A stretch of DNA of 64,000 nt, taken from positions 2,075 to 66,074 of the forward strand of contig JANNXI010000268.1 of the NCBI GenBank assembly GCA_031409495.1, written 5' to 3'. Each line of letters starts with the position of its first letter. Positions within the stretch are counted from its first letter, which is position 1. Both the position numbers and the translations under genes were made by a program. Source of the stretch: Betaproteobacteria bacterium. Lineage in GTDB: Bacteria > Pseudomonadota > Gammaproteobacteria > Burkholderiales > Usitatibacteraceae. Below are positions 50,112 to 60,242 of the stretch, one piece after another. Below the pieces are notes generated by a model. The model was not told the origin of the DNA. It worked only from the letters and a program-made list of their open reading frames with translations, and searched no databases.

Positions 50112-52850
50112 ATGAACCATCGTCAACTCGTTTCTTCGGCAACATCGTCAGCAAGTTTCAAACTTAAGGTTTGTGCGGTTGCCGTATCTGCAGCCATTGC
50201 AGTTATTTCGCAATCCAGTTTTGCCCAAACTCCTGCCCCAACCCCAGTCGAAGTCGCGCCGGCGAAGCCCGTGACCCAAAAAGTCGAGCGTATCGAAATT
50301 ACGGGCTCCTCTATCAAGCGCCTTGAAGGCGAGACTTCGTTACCAGTTCAAATTATCAAGAAAGAAGATATTGAGCGTACCGGCGCCACGACTGCAGCTG
50401 AGTTACTGACTAAAATTTCTGCTAGTGCTGCGGCACTAACCGACGGCGCAAGTTTTTCGGATATCGCCGGACAACGTGGCTTCAGCGGCGCCAATCTGCG
50501 CGGCATTGGCGTTTCATCCACACTCATTTTGCTCAACGGCCGTCGCGTTGCTAACTTTGCATCGCCAGGTGGTGCCAGTGGCGTTGATTTGAACGCAATC
50601 CCATCAGCCGCCATTGCTCGCGTAGAAGTGTTGAAAGACGGCGCCTCGGCTATTTATGGAACTGACGCTATTGGCGGCGTAATTAACTTCATTACCAATA
50701 CCGATTACCAGGGTTTCGATGCCTCTGCCTATGTATCCGACACCCAGCATGGCGGTGCCGGCAAAAATATTTACAGCGTTTCTGCAGGTACTGGTAGCCT
50801 TGCCCGCGATGGCTTCAATATTTTTGGTGTAATTGACTATTCAGAAAATAAAACATTACGCTCAGGCCAGCGTAAGTGGATAGGCTCTGTTTTTCAACCG
50901 GATATTAACCTAGACGTCGGTAGCTCAAACACCTACCCCGCCAACGCGCGCCGTACCCGCGCCAATGGCACAGCAACGGGTTCCCGCTTAAATCCATCAG
51001 CACCCGCTTGTAATCCACCTGCAACCATCTACGCACCAGGCAGCTTTGTTGGTGCCAGCGCTTGCTTGTACGATTACATGCAAGATACCGAGATTTTCCC
51101 AGCGTCAGAGCGCCTATCCGCGATGACTCGCGCGCAATACGTTGTCAACGCTGACCACACTTTATTTGGTGAATATTTGTACAGCAGCACTAATTCAACC
51201 TATAAAATTTCACCGCTGACCGTCACCAATTTGAACTACCCTGCCAATGGTAAATATTATCCAACTAGCTTGGGTGTAACTGGCCCGCTGCGCTTAAATT
51301 TGCGTTTATCCGAAGCCGGTGGCCGTACCAATGAAGTTGAAGCGATCACTGAACGTTTAGTATTTGGTGCAAAGGGTGTTGTGGCAGGTTGGGATTACGA
51401 TGCCGGCGTAAATATTAGTCAAAGTCGCGTAGTTGATGCTTACGTCAATGGTTATGTCGCTACGGCACCGTTTGACACCGCATTCTTAACCGGTAATATC
51501 AATCCGTTTGGCCCATCAGATGCAGCTGGCTTGGCGTTACTAAACAGCACTAAAATTAGCGATAAGGCGCGTGATTCCAAAGGCAGAACTGAAATGGTGG
51601 ACATCAAAGCATCGCGTCCTTTATTTGCTTTAGCCGGTGGCGACGCTGCAGTGGCACTTGGCTTAGAAGTACGCCGTGAGTCGCTAGCCTTCACGCCGTC
51701 AACCCTACTTGCAGCAGGGCAGATTCGTGGTGATGGCGTATCCGTAGGCTTTACGGGAAAGCGCGATGTAAATGCCGCCTACGCAGAGATGAGCCTACCA
51801 TTTACCAGCGCTATCGAGGCACAAGTTGCATTGCGTTACGATGATTACAGCGATGCCGGTAGCAGCACAAACCCTAAGTTTGGTCTCCGTTATGTGCTCA
51901 ACAAACAAGTGCTATTCCGTACGTCTTACAGCACAGGTTTCCGCGCGCCAAGCTTGGCAGATTTGTACGCGCCCTCTCGTACCGGCCAAACCAACGGCAT
52001 CTATAACGATCCATTGGGTTGCATTGTACGTGGCGCCATTAACAACACCAACAACCCTGATTACTGCGGCATTCAGCCCAGCAAGCTTACCGGCGGCAAT
52101 GCTGATTTGAAGCCGGAAAAATCGAAGCAATTCTCAATCGGCACGGCCTTTGAACCGAACAATATATTGAGTGGTAGCCTGGATTACTGGCAAATTGAAA
52201 AGACAGACGTTATTTCCGCACCAGAGGGAGTGCTGTTTACTGACCCAGTCCGTTTCGCGGAGTTTTTTAATCGCGCACCAGCAGATCCAACTCTAGGCGG
52301 TATTCCAGGCTTCATCAACTCGATCGATTCACGCTTGCGTAATTTTGCAGCGCTTAAGACAACGGGCTTTGACGTTTCGGCTGATGTGCGTTTACCTAAG
52401 AACAATTTAGGCAAATTTGGCGTGAGCTTAAACGGCACCTATGTTTTAACCTACAAAACCCAGGCAGGTTCAGGCGCTAACTTTACGAACGGCGTAGGCA
52501 TATTTGTAAATGACCAAATCGTGCAACGCTGGCGCCATACCCTCGCGTTTAACTTTGACCGTGGCCCGTTTGCAGCAACACTGACGCAAACGTTTTACAA
52601 AGGCTATCAGGATCAAAACCCATTGCAAGATGGCAGTATTCGTAACGTAGAAAACTATCAGCTTTGGGACTTAACGGGTTCATACCGCATCAACCAAAAT
52701 TTCCGCGTACGCGCTGGTATTAAAAACGTAGCGGATGCAAACCCTCCTAAATCAAATCAAGTGTTTTTCTTCTTGGCCGGTTACGACCCAAGCTACACAG
52801 ACCCACGTGGCCGTACCTTCTTTGCCAGCGCTAATTACTCGTTTAAGTAA
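50112..52850 (+). CDS. TonB-dependent outer-membrane receptor
   Basis: Start at ATG 50112 (GGGAG RBS) with a signal peptide ending SSFAQ. Plug (ERIEITGSSIKR...VQIIKKEDIERTGATTAAELL...RGIGVSSTLILLNGRR). Long barrel with C-terminal ...FFASANYSFK. Confidence 0.9.
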   Translation: MNHRQLVSSATSSASFKLKVCAVAVSAAIAVISQSSFAQTPAPTPVEVAPAKPVTQKVERIEITGSSIKRLEGETSLPVQIIKKEDIERTGATTAAELLTKISASAAALTDGASFSDIAGQRGFSGANLRGIGVSSTLILLNGRRVANFASPGGASGVDLNAIPSAAIARVEVLKDGASAIYGTDAIGGVINFITNTDYQGFDASAYVSDTQHGGAGKNIYSVSAGTGSLARDGFNIFGVIDYSENKTLRSGQRKWIGSVFQPDINLDVGSSNTYPANARRTRANGTATGSRLNPSAPACNPPATIYAPGSFVGASACLYDYMQDTEIFPASERLSAMTRAQYVVNADHTLFGEYLYSSTNSTYKISPLTVTNLNYPANGKYYPTSLGVTGPLRLNLRLSEAGGRTNEVEAITERLVFGAKGVVAGWDYDAGVNISQSRVVDAYVNGYVATAPFDTAFLTGNINPFGPSDAAGLALLNSTKISDKARDSKGRTEMVDIKASRPLFALAGGDAAVALGLEVRRESLAFTPSTLLAAGQIRGDGVSVGFTGKRDVNAAYAEMSLPFTSAIEAQVALRYDDYSDAGSSTNPKFGLRYVLNKQVLFRTSYSTGFRAPSLADLYAPSRTGQTNGIYNDPLGCIVRGAINNTNNPDYCGIQPSKLTGGNADLKPEKSKQFSIGTAFEPNNILSGSLDYWQIEKTDVISAPEGVLFTDPVRFAEFFNRAPADPTLGGIPGFINSIDSRLRNFAALKTTGFDVSADVRLPKNNLGKFGVSLNGTYVLTYKTQAGSGANFTNGVGIFVNDQIVQRWRHTLAFNFDRGPFAATLTQTFYKGYQDQNPLQDGSIRNVENYQLWDLTGSYRINQNFRVRAGIKNVADANPPKSNQVFFFLAGYDPSYTDPRGRTFFASANYSFK

Positions 52851-52911
52851 TCTCATCGCTAGTTTTGCAGCAACCGTTATGAAGTAGCACAGCAGGTCAA
52901 ATTAACGCTAC

Positions 52912-52949
52912 AAAAATCCCCGCTAGGCATGTGTCTAGCGGGGATTTTT
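52912..52949 (+). terminator. rho-independent terminator of the TonB-dependent receptor gene
   Basis: AAAAATCCCCGCTAG-gcatgtgt-CTAGCGGGGATTTTT, a 15-bp perfect stem with a T-run. Confidence 0.8.
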
Positions 52950-52977
52950 ACATTTATTTTTCGGCCAATAGCGGGCA

Positions 52978-53019
52978 TGTCGCAAAACCAACATTTCATG
53001 TCGCTTTTTGCGCGGTTAG
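52978..53019 (+). promoter_or_regulatory. tandem TGTCGC boxes exactly 21 bp apart (candidate ArgR operator) upstream of the second S51 peptidase
   Basis: TGTCGCAAAACCAACATTTCA followed by TGTCGCTTTTTGCGCGGTTAG. The hexamers start at 52978 and 52999, about 120-145 nt upstream of ATG 53122. Confidence 0.5.
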
Positions 53020-53121
53020 TTTTAGCAAGTAAGCCTATATTTAATTCAAGTTCCATGGAACGAGAACAAAGCACTTGCTGCGTTGCAGCATTTTTAACAC
53101 TATTTCAATACGGATATCAAT

Positions 53122-54789
53122 ATGCGCAATCTATTTGGCAGCATTATCGACACATTTGTAAGTGTTTTCAATATAGCGGCATTCGCTACCGCACTGGGTC
53201 TCACGCTGCTTAGCAGCTCTGCTTACGCAGCTTGCCGCACAGCGGAAGCTGAACCCAACAATAGCGACACCGCGGCTAACATCGATGTGTGCGCGGGCAC
53301 CGCCATATCCGGCACCATTAGTAGTGCATCGGACTTTGACTGGTACAAACTTACCGTCACAGCCCCCGGCACAATTTCTATCAGTCTTAGCCATGCCACC
53401 GGCATAGATCTTGACTGGTACCTATACAAGGCTACTGGAGGCTATATCGCTTACGCCTCCACTTCAGCCAACCCAGAAGCAGGCAGCAAAGCGGTCACCA
53501 CTACTGGCACCTACTATATTCGCGTTAAAAACTATTCCGGCTCGGGCAACTACAGTTTAACTGTGTCGGGACCAATAGCGGCTGGTGGCGGCGGATTACC
53601 TGTACCCACATTTGGCACCTTCAGCGTACCGACTAAAAACCCTGGAGATGCCCCATTTACGGCTGTTGCACCAACTAGCAATAGCTCTGGCGCATTTAGC
53701 TTTACCAGTAGCAACACCGCTGTGGCTACTGTATCCGGCAGCACCATTACTGTCGTAGCTGCAGGAAGCTCAACCATTACTGCGAACCAAGCCGCCACGG
53801 CAACTTATGCTGCCGGCAGCACTAGCGCTACGCTAGCCGTTGGCGCCGCTGTTTGGCCTTGCACACTCCCCACTGGCGTAAACTTAGGCCGCATCGGCAG
53901 CGCAACGGACGTATCACCTGCCACTACGGGCGGCTTTGTATTAATGGGTGGTGGTTCAGATGTTGACGCGGCATTGCAATGGATGATCGGTAAATCCGGT
54001 GGCGGTGACGTACTAGTGTTGCGTTCAACCGGCACCAATGGCTATAACAGCTATCTTCAAGGCTTAGGCACCGTTAATTCTGTGCAGACTTTATTGGTCG
54101 ACAATGCCACCGAAGGCAACAATGCGTGCGTAGGTGAAACGATTAGACGCGCGGAAATGGTGTTTATAGCGGGCGGCGATCAACAAAACTATGTCGATTT
54201 TTTCAAAGGCAAAGCGGTTGGCTCAGCGCTCAACCATTTAATCAACACCAAGAGAGCACCTATCGGCGGCACCAGCGCTGGCATGGCCATCTTAGGGCAG
54301 TACTATCACCCGGGCGGGGCGGCTAATGATTCTTCTTCCCTAGCTAATCCCACTGGAGTTGCTATCGGCAATAATTTCTTGAGCAGCACGTTGCTCAATA
54401 ACGTCATCACCGACACCCACTTCAGTCAGCGCACCCGTCAAGCGCGACTAAGTGCCATGTTAGCAAGCACCATTTACAACTTTGGGGTGACATGGCAAAA
54501 CATGCGTGGCATTGCCTGCGATGAAGGTACGGCCTACGCCCTTGACGCCGCTGGCACTGGTAGAGTATTTGGCAGTAATGCTTGCTTTTTTGTGAAGCCA
54601 ACTGGGGCACCAGAAACATTGGCTGCTAACACTGCCCTCACTTGGAATTTAAACTTTTTAGCGTTAAATGTTTACCGCGTGCCGGGTACCACCACCGGCA
54701 CCAACACCTTCAACATGAACACCTTTAGCGGGACCGGTGGAACGACACAGGCATGGTCTGCTTCAAACGGCACCTTCACGATTCGTTAA
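53122..54789 (+). CDS. exported PPC-like domain - Ig-like domain - peptidase S51 (cyanophycinase-like) protein
   Basis: Signal peptide. EPNNSDTAANI...SDFDWYKLTV...YYIRVKNYSGSGNYSLTVSG resembles a bacterial pre-peptidase C-terminal-type domain. FTSSNTAVATVSGSTITVVAAGSSTITA is BIG2-like. MVFIAGGDQQNYVDFF and IGGTSAGMAILGQ are S51 motifs. Confidence 0.75.
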   Translation: MRNLFGSIIDTFVSVFNIAAFATALGLTLLSSSAYAACRTAEAEPNNSDTAANIDVCAGTAISGTISSASDFDWYKLTVTAPGTISISLSHATGIDLDWYLYKATGGYIAYASTSANPEAGSKAVTTTGTYYIRVKNYSGSGNYSLTVSGPIAAGGGGLPVPTFGTFSVPTKNPGDAPFTAVAPTSNSSGAFSFTSSNTAVATVSGSTITVVAAGSSTITANQAATATYAAGSTSATLAVGAAVWPCTLPTGVNLGRIGSATDVSPATTGGFVLMGGGSDVDAALQWMIGKSGGGDVLVLRSTGTNGYNSYLQGLGTVNSVQTLLVDNATEGNNACVGETIRRAEMVFIAGGDQQNYVDFFKGKAVGSALNHLINTKRAPIGGTSAGMAILGQYYHPGGAANDSSSLANPTGVAIGNNFLSSTLLNNVITDTHFSQRTRQARLSAMLASTIYNFGVTWQNMRGIACDEGTAYALDAAGTGRVFGSNACFFVKPTGAPETLAANTALTWNLNFLALNVYRVPGTTTGTNTFNMNTFSGTGGTTQAWSASNGTFTIR

Positions 54790-54810
54790 AGCCCGTTTTT
54801 AACACCCTCC

Positions 54811-54844
54811 AACGCCATCTTGCGCAAACAAGATGGCGTTTTTT
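54811..54844 (+). terminator. rho-independent terminator
   Basis: AACGCCATCTTG-cgcaaa-CAAGATGGCGTT followed by TTTT. Confidence 0.8.
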
Positions 54845-54990
54845 ATGGCGACCACGCTTGCGCAGCACGCTGTTTCAAACGCTATTTCCGCACATATTTT
54901 GAGCATAAAGTTGAATAAACCACGCGAGACGGTTATGCTTCCTGGTTGCCCAAAATAATCGGGCGTAAATGTGAAAAGTAGCTGCTACTT

Positions 54991-57900
54991 ATGGAATTAT
55001 CCTCAGAACTTGCGCGTTTTGCGCGCGCCCTTGAACGTGCTTTCGATCCTGCGACCCTTGCGCGCGGCTTAAAAGATGTAAACGAGGGAGCCGTCGTCAC
55101 TAGCACACCATCGCCCAACGGATCCGTCGTCAAAGTGCGTGGGGATGCTTACGCACCATATTTTTTTGTCCAAACGCAAATGAAGCCCGAGCGCTTCAAT
55201 TCCTCAACCTGTACTTGTCCCCTACATGGCAAATGTAGGCATGTCGTTGCGGCTTTAGCCTACACCCATACCCGCGGCCACAAAGCCAGCTTGCAAGCGC
55301 TAACTTCAGAATTAGCGCATGTTGTCGCGCCGGTAACCAACTCCAAAACACCACAAGAAATCGCGGAGGCATTTTTGCGCTTTAAACGCGAAACGCCGCC
55401 CAACGTAATCGAAATAGCAGTGGACAACGAGGCTGCCGTCACGACAAGAATTCCTGCGGTACTCGAAGATGGCCAACCGCGCTCTTGGGGTCCCGCCAGC
55501 GTTGAAGATGGGCTGTCATACAGCACGCAATCATGGATTGATAGCCTTGAGAAGCGCACAAAAATTTTCTCACTCGCGGCAGCGCATGCCGCTACGAGCG
55601 CTGTGCCAACGCCAAAACTCACGCGGCTATTTTTTGTTATCCATCTTGCCGCACCGGGTAATTTCGCGTTTCGGTCATGGCTTGAAATTAATGTGGCGCA
55701 GCAACGTAGCAATGGCGAATGGGGCAAGGTTAAGCAATGGGCAAACTGGCGCGGCCAGCTAGATGCCAACGCCATCACACTAGAAAATCCACAAGATGAA
55801 CGCATCGTTGAAATGCTCTTGGCAAGAGGATTGAATGAAGATTACGCCGCCGCCGACGTCCGCAATGTGGAATCAAGACTCTACGCACTACTGTTGAAAA
55901 CACTGGCTGAAACAGGGCGCCTCTTCACCCCAATGTCGCTAGGTCGGGCGCCATTACGACTCAAAAATACCGAGATAGTCCAACCTACCTGGGTACCACA
56001 AAAAGGCGACGCTACGCGCCTAGGTTTGCGCTTAGAAGATGGCAGCATGGCGTTTTTAATTAAAGACGGCGTATGGGCTATTGACAATGAAAACCATACT
56101 ATATTTGAGCTTAATGTCGCTGTGCCGCTGCCAGAAGTAGGCGCCCTATTTTCTGGGCCCGCGGTTTCGAAAAATGAGCTAGATTATTTGAAGATTCGTT
56201 GGGATAGCTATAACCTACCCCTCGTCCCCGATCCACGCGTAAGCGCGGTACAGATGGTGGATGCCGTACCTATGGTGCCTGTGCTCACTTTACAAACGCT
56301 TTCGCAGGCGGCCAACGCTTGGGCGCGTACGGGTTCACGCTCGATCACCGTTGAAACCGTCACGTTGATGTTTGACTACGCCGGCACCCAAGTCAAGCCG
56401 ATACCACCTGCGCCAAGCTTAATGCGCCTAAACACGCAAACTCAGGGCCATGAAATGCTGCCCCGAGACGGAAAAGCTGAGGCCACTGCACTCGAAACAA
56501 TGACGATCAATAATTTTATTCCCCTTATTCGTCACCCGCAATATGGTCAGGCCAGTGCCAACAGTATTGCCGACCCTGCTTCACCACATGTGTATGCTGC
56601 GGCCAACGGTGCAGCGTTAGCGCACTTTATCGAAGAGGAATTGCCGCTATTAGAAGCAGCAGGCTGGCGCATTCATATTGATCCCTCCTTTAAGCCTAAC
56701 TATGTCTCCATTGACGACTTTGAAGCTAGTCTTGAAGACACCGCTGGCGGTTGGTTTTCATTAACGCTAGGGGTGCGTATTGGCGATAAACGCGTGGACA
56801 TCGCACCGGTGTTGGTAGAGTTGCGCCAGCGCTACCCACATTTATTCCGGCCTACGCTGGCAACCGATCAGCCTGAGCGCGTACCAAAGCGCATCTACGT
56901 GACGATGCCTGATGGTGCGGTGGTAGCGCTTCCAGTTGAGCGGATGCGCAAAATCATGAGCACTGTCACCGATTTGTTGAGTGATAGCGCTGGCAAGCAG
57001 CATATTAAAATTGCCGCTACTGATTTAGGCCGTCTAGCCATATTGGAAGCGCTGCTTGAGAAAAACCTGCATGCCAGCAAAGCAGCGCGGGAGCGCTTAA
57101 CCTTGTTGAAAAGCTTTTCTGGATTGGAAGCGGTAGCCCCCCCTACAGATTTGCAAGCCACGCTGCGCAGTTATCAACAACACGGCTTAAATTGGCTCCA
57201 GTTTTTGCGGCAATATCAACTTGGCGGTTTGCTAGCCGATGATATGGGCCTAGGCAAAACGGTACAAACACTCGCACACATTGCGCTTGAAAAGCAAGCG
57301 GGTCGCCTGACCGCGCCAGTGCTGGTGATCGCACCCACATCGGTGGTGTTTAACTGGCGCGCTGAGTCGCAGCGGCTTACACCAAACCTGAAAATTTTGG
57401 TACTCCACGGCTTGTTGCGCGCAAAACAGTTTAGCGAAATCGCCCAACATGATTTAGTGATTACCTCCTACGCACTGTTGCCACGCGACATCACCGCGTT
57501 AGCAAAGATGAAGTTTTATTTAGTGGTGTTGGACGAAGCCCACTATGTTAAAAACGCCACGACCCAAGCTGCAAAAGCAGTACGGGCGCTTGATGTGCAG
57601 CATAGGCTTTGCTTAACGGGCACGCCGGTTGAGAATAATTTGTCAGAACTTTGGGCGCTATACGATTTTTTAATGCCCGGCTTCTTAGGAAGTACACAGA
57701 ACTTTAAACAGTACTACCGTAACCCGATCGAGAAGGATGGTAACTTAGATTTGCGCGCGCTGTTAGCTAAACGGGTCACGCCATTTTTGCTACGTCGTCG
57801 TAAAGAAGAAGTTGAAAAAGAGCTACCCGCACGTACCGACATGACGCGCATGGTCGAACTTAACGCTGCACAAACCGATTTATACGAGTCCATTCGAGTG

Positions 57901-58584
57901 GTGATGGACAAAAAGGTGCGCGATGCAATCTATACACGGGGTGAAGCCCGCAGCCGCATCGTAATTTTAGACGCACTGTTAAAACTACGCCAAGTATGTT
58001 GCGATCCACGATTAGTGCAGCTACCCCGCGCCCGCGAAGTCAAACATAGCGCTAAGCTTGAAGCCCTAATGGAGCTACTCGAGGAGTTGTTAGCAGAAGG
58101 TCGTCGCGTGTTGGTGTTCTCGCAATTTGCGCAGATGATTGCCCTCATTGGCGAGCGCTTAGATGAATCTAAAATCAAACATGCAGTACTCACGGGCCAA
58201 TCGACCAACCGCGAGCAAACGGTAACGGAATTCCAAGAAGGCGACGTTCCTGTGTTCCTGATTACGTTGAAGGCAGGTGGTGTTGGATTAAATCTAACGG
58301 CTGCCGACGCTGTGATTCACTACGATCCGTGGTGGAATCCAGCGGCCGAAGAGCAAGCCTCTGCCCGCGCCCACCGTATCGGTCAGACTCGACCAGTATT
58401 GGTGGTGAAATTGGTGGTGCGCGGCTCAGTTGAAGAACGGATTATTGCCATGCAGGAGAAAAAAGCGGCATTAGCGCGTGCCGTCACTGACAATGACGAT
58501 GCCGAAATTGACGCCTTAAGTGGTGACGATTTAGTGGCGCTATTTTCTAGCCCAGGCAGTCTGCCGTTAGAATCCGCCGAATGA
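54991..58584 (+). CDS. SWIM zinc-finger / SNF2-family helicase
   Basis: SWIM CTCPLHGKCRHVVAAL near the N-terminus. SNF2 motifs LADDMGLGKTVQT, VVLDEAHYVKN, LTGTPVENN. Helicase C (VLVFSQF..., FLITLKAGGVGLNLTAAD, DPWWNPAAEEQASARAHRIGQ). Confidence 0.9.
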   Translation: MELSSELARFARALERAFDPATLARGLKDVNEGAVVTSTPSPNGSVVKVRGDAYAPYFFVQTQMKPERFNSSTCTCPLHGKCRHVVAALAYTHTRGHKASLQALTSELAHVVAPVTNSKTPQEIAEAFLRFKRETPPNVIEIAVDNEAAVTTRIPAVLEDGQPRSWGPASVEDGLSYSTQSWIDSLEKRTKIFSLAAAHAATSAVPTPKLTRLFFVIHLAAPGNFAFRSWLEINVAQQRSNGEWGKVKQWANWRGQLDANAITLENPQDERIVEMLLARGLNEDYAAADVRNVESRLYALLLKTLAETGRLFTPMSLGRAPLRLKNTEIVQPTWVPQKGDATRLGLRLEDGSMAFLIKDGVWAIDNENHTIFELNVAVPLPEVGALFSGPAVSKNELDYLKIRWDSYNLPLVPDPRVSAVQMVDAVPMVPVLTLQTLSQAANAWARTGSRSITVETVTLMFDYAGTQVKPIPPAPSLMRLNTQTQGHEMLPRDGKAEATALETMTINNFIPLIRHPQYGQASANSIADPASPHVYAAANGAALAHFIEEELPLLEAAGWRIHIDPSFKPNYVSIDDFEASLEDTAGGWFSLTLGVRIGDKRVDIAPVLVELRQRYPHLFRPTLATDQPERVPKRIYVTMPDGAVVALPVERMRKIMSTVTDLLSDSAGKQHIKIAATDLGRLAILEALLEKNLHASKAARERLTLLKSFSGLEAVAPPTDLQATLRSYQQHGLNWLQFLRQYQLGGLLADDMGLGKTVQTLAHIALEKQAGRLTAPVLVIAPTSVVFNWRAESQRLTPNLKILVLHGLLRAKQFSEIAQHDLVITSYALLPRDITALAKMKFYLVVLDEAHYVKNATTQAAKAVRALDVQHRLCLTGTPVENNLSELWALYDFLMPGFLGSTQNFKQYYRNPIEKDGNLDLRALLAKRVTPFLLRRRKEEVEKELPARTDMTRMVELNAAQTDLYESIRVVMDKKVRDAIYTRGEARSRIVILDALLKLRQVCCDPRLVQLPRAREVKHSAKLEALMELLEELLAEGRRVLVFSQFAQMIALIGERLDESKIKHAVLTGQSTNREQTVTEFQEGDVPVFLITLKAGGVGLNLTAADAVIHYDPWWNPAAEEQASARAHRIGQTRPVLVVKLVVRGSVEERIIAMQEKKAALARAVTDNDDAEIDALSGDDLVALFSSPGSLPLESAE

Positions 58585-58607
58585 TCATTTCATAGAGAAT
58601 ACGAGCC

Positions 58608-59609
58608 ATGGAAACTTCGATGCAAACAATTACACAAACGGCACCCGGCGGTGTTGAAACAATGCTGCTCATCACGAATGCACCGATACCTGACCCAAAA
58701 CCTGATGAAGTATTAATCAAGGTTGCCTACGCCGGCGTAAACCGACCTGATGTCGCGCAACGCGCAGGCATGTACGCGCCCCCGCCTAACGCCTCACCCA
58801 TAATGGGCCTAGAAGTGTCCGGCCATGTGCTGGCGGTGGGCGCCAACGTTACTGAATGGTGCGTGGGTGATGCGGTGTGCGCCCTCACCCCGGGCGGCGG
58901 CTATGCGCAGTATTGCGTGGCGCTGGCAGCGCACTGTCTGCCGATTCCCGAGGGCTTAAGTTTGCTGGAGGCGGCAGCATTGCCTGAAAACTTTTTCACA
59001 GTATGGGTAAATGTATTCGACACCTGCAAACTAAAAGCTGGCGAGAGTTTGCTGGTGCATGGCGGTTCATCAGGCATTGGTTTAACGGCAATTCAGCTAG
59101 CCCGCGCTTTTGGCGCAACGGTTTACACCACAGTAGGCAATGACGCGAAAGCTGCGTTTTGCAAGGATCTTGGCGCAATTACCTTTAATTACAACACCCA
59201 AGATTGGGCGGCAGAATTAGCTACGCATACCGAAAAGCGAGGCGTTAATGTGATCCTCGATATGGTTGGCGGGTCATATATTGAAAAAAACCTACGCAAT
59301 TTAGCACTTGAAGGCCGCTACTGTTTCATCGCCTTTCTACAAGGCGGCAGCGCCCAAATTGATTTCCGCCCCCTAATGATGAAACGCCAAACCATCACCG
59401 GATCAACCTTGCGCGCACGGCCTGATGCGCACACGGCAGCGATTGCTGACGCGTTAAAATTGCAGGTGTGGCCGCTAATTGAAGCAGGTAAAATAAAGCC
59501 GACGATACACGCGACTTTTCCACTTGCTGATGTCGCGAAGGCACATGCGCTGATGGAGTCATCGGCTCATATTGGCAAGATTATGTTGCTTGTGGGCGGG
59601 GAAATATAA
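58608..59609 (+). CDS. qor: NAD(P)H:quinone oxidoreductase (PIG3/Qor type), intact
   Basis: EVLIKVAYAGVNRPDVAQRAGMYAPPP...MGLEVSGHV and the Rossmann motif VHGGSSGIGLTAIQLA. The last ~385 nt are duplicated at 63587-63969. Confidence 0.88.
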   Translation: METSMQTITQTAPGGVETMLLITNAPIPDPKPDEVLIKVAYAGVNRPDVAQRAGMYAPPPNASPIMGLEVSGHVLAVGANVTEWCVGDAVCALTPGGGYAQYCVALAAHCLPIPEGLSLLEAAALPENFFTVWVNVFDTCKLKAGESLLVHGGSSGIGLTAIQLARAFGATVYTTVGNDAKAAFCKDLGAITFNYNTQDWAAELATHTEKRGVNVILDMVGGSYIEKNLRNLALEGRYCFIAFLQGGSAQIDFRPLMMKRQTITGSTLRARPDAHTAAIADALKLQVWPLIEAGKIKPTIHATFPLADVAKAHALMESSAHIGKIMLLVGGEI

Positions 59610-59666
59610 AAAGTCCACTGAATTGGATATGCTATCTCGTTGCTATCCACAGAGTGTCTTCAGCTT

Positions 59667-60242
59667 TTAGACAAACTGCCTAGCCACTCCTGTGATTGCT
59701 AACCTGTATTTGAGCATTTTCAAACTAACGCCGTAGGTACTCGCGGCTGTTACATCATCTATCTTTAGCTTACGGATAGAAATGAGTGCTTCTCTCGGTA
59801 ATAAAATGCACGCGGAAAGCCAATCAGCCTGGCTCTCTTCTAGAATGTCATAACTCTCTATTAACATTAATCCCTCAGCAGACGTCAAGACCTGACGCGC
59901 ACTGTGCTTAAGTATTTGATGCGCGAGCTCATGCGCTAAGTCACTTGATTGACGAGCAACGCTGTGGGACGAATTTAGAACTATGAGCTTTTTATCACCC
60001 ACGACCAAGGTCACCGCGGACCAACAACTGGGTGTTTTTCCATCATTCCTCAGCAAAACTTCTAGGCACTCTTGCGACAAGTTTGGAATTTCATTGACGA
60101 GTAAAACCTTTATTTTCAAATGACGAGCAAGGCCTCTCAGATCAATTGACTTTTCTTTCGACGTTCCGAGTTCGGCGCGAATCTCACAAGCGTACTTTTC
60201 GCACCACGTCTTAAACCCATGATGGAAAGCACTAGTCGTCAA
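59667..60242 (-). CDS. ImmA/IrrE-family zinc metallopeptidase
   Basis: HEXXH motif in DLAHELAHQILKH. About 190 aa. It overlaps the stop of the upstream XRE gene by 11 nt (the classic XRE-ImmA pair). Confidence 0.8.
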   Translation of the reverse strand: MTTSAFHHGFKTWCEKYACEIRAELGTSKEKSIDLRGLARHLKIKVLLVNEIPNLSQECLEVLLRNDGKTPSCWSAVTLVVGDKKLIVLNSSHSVARQSSDLAHELAHQILKHSARQVLTSAEGLMLIESYDILEESQADWLSACILLPREALISIRKLKIDDVTAASTYGVSLKMLKYRLAITGVARQFV

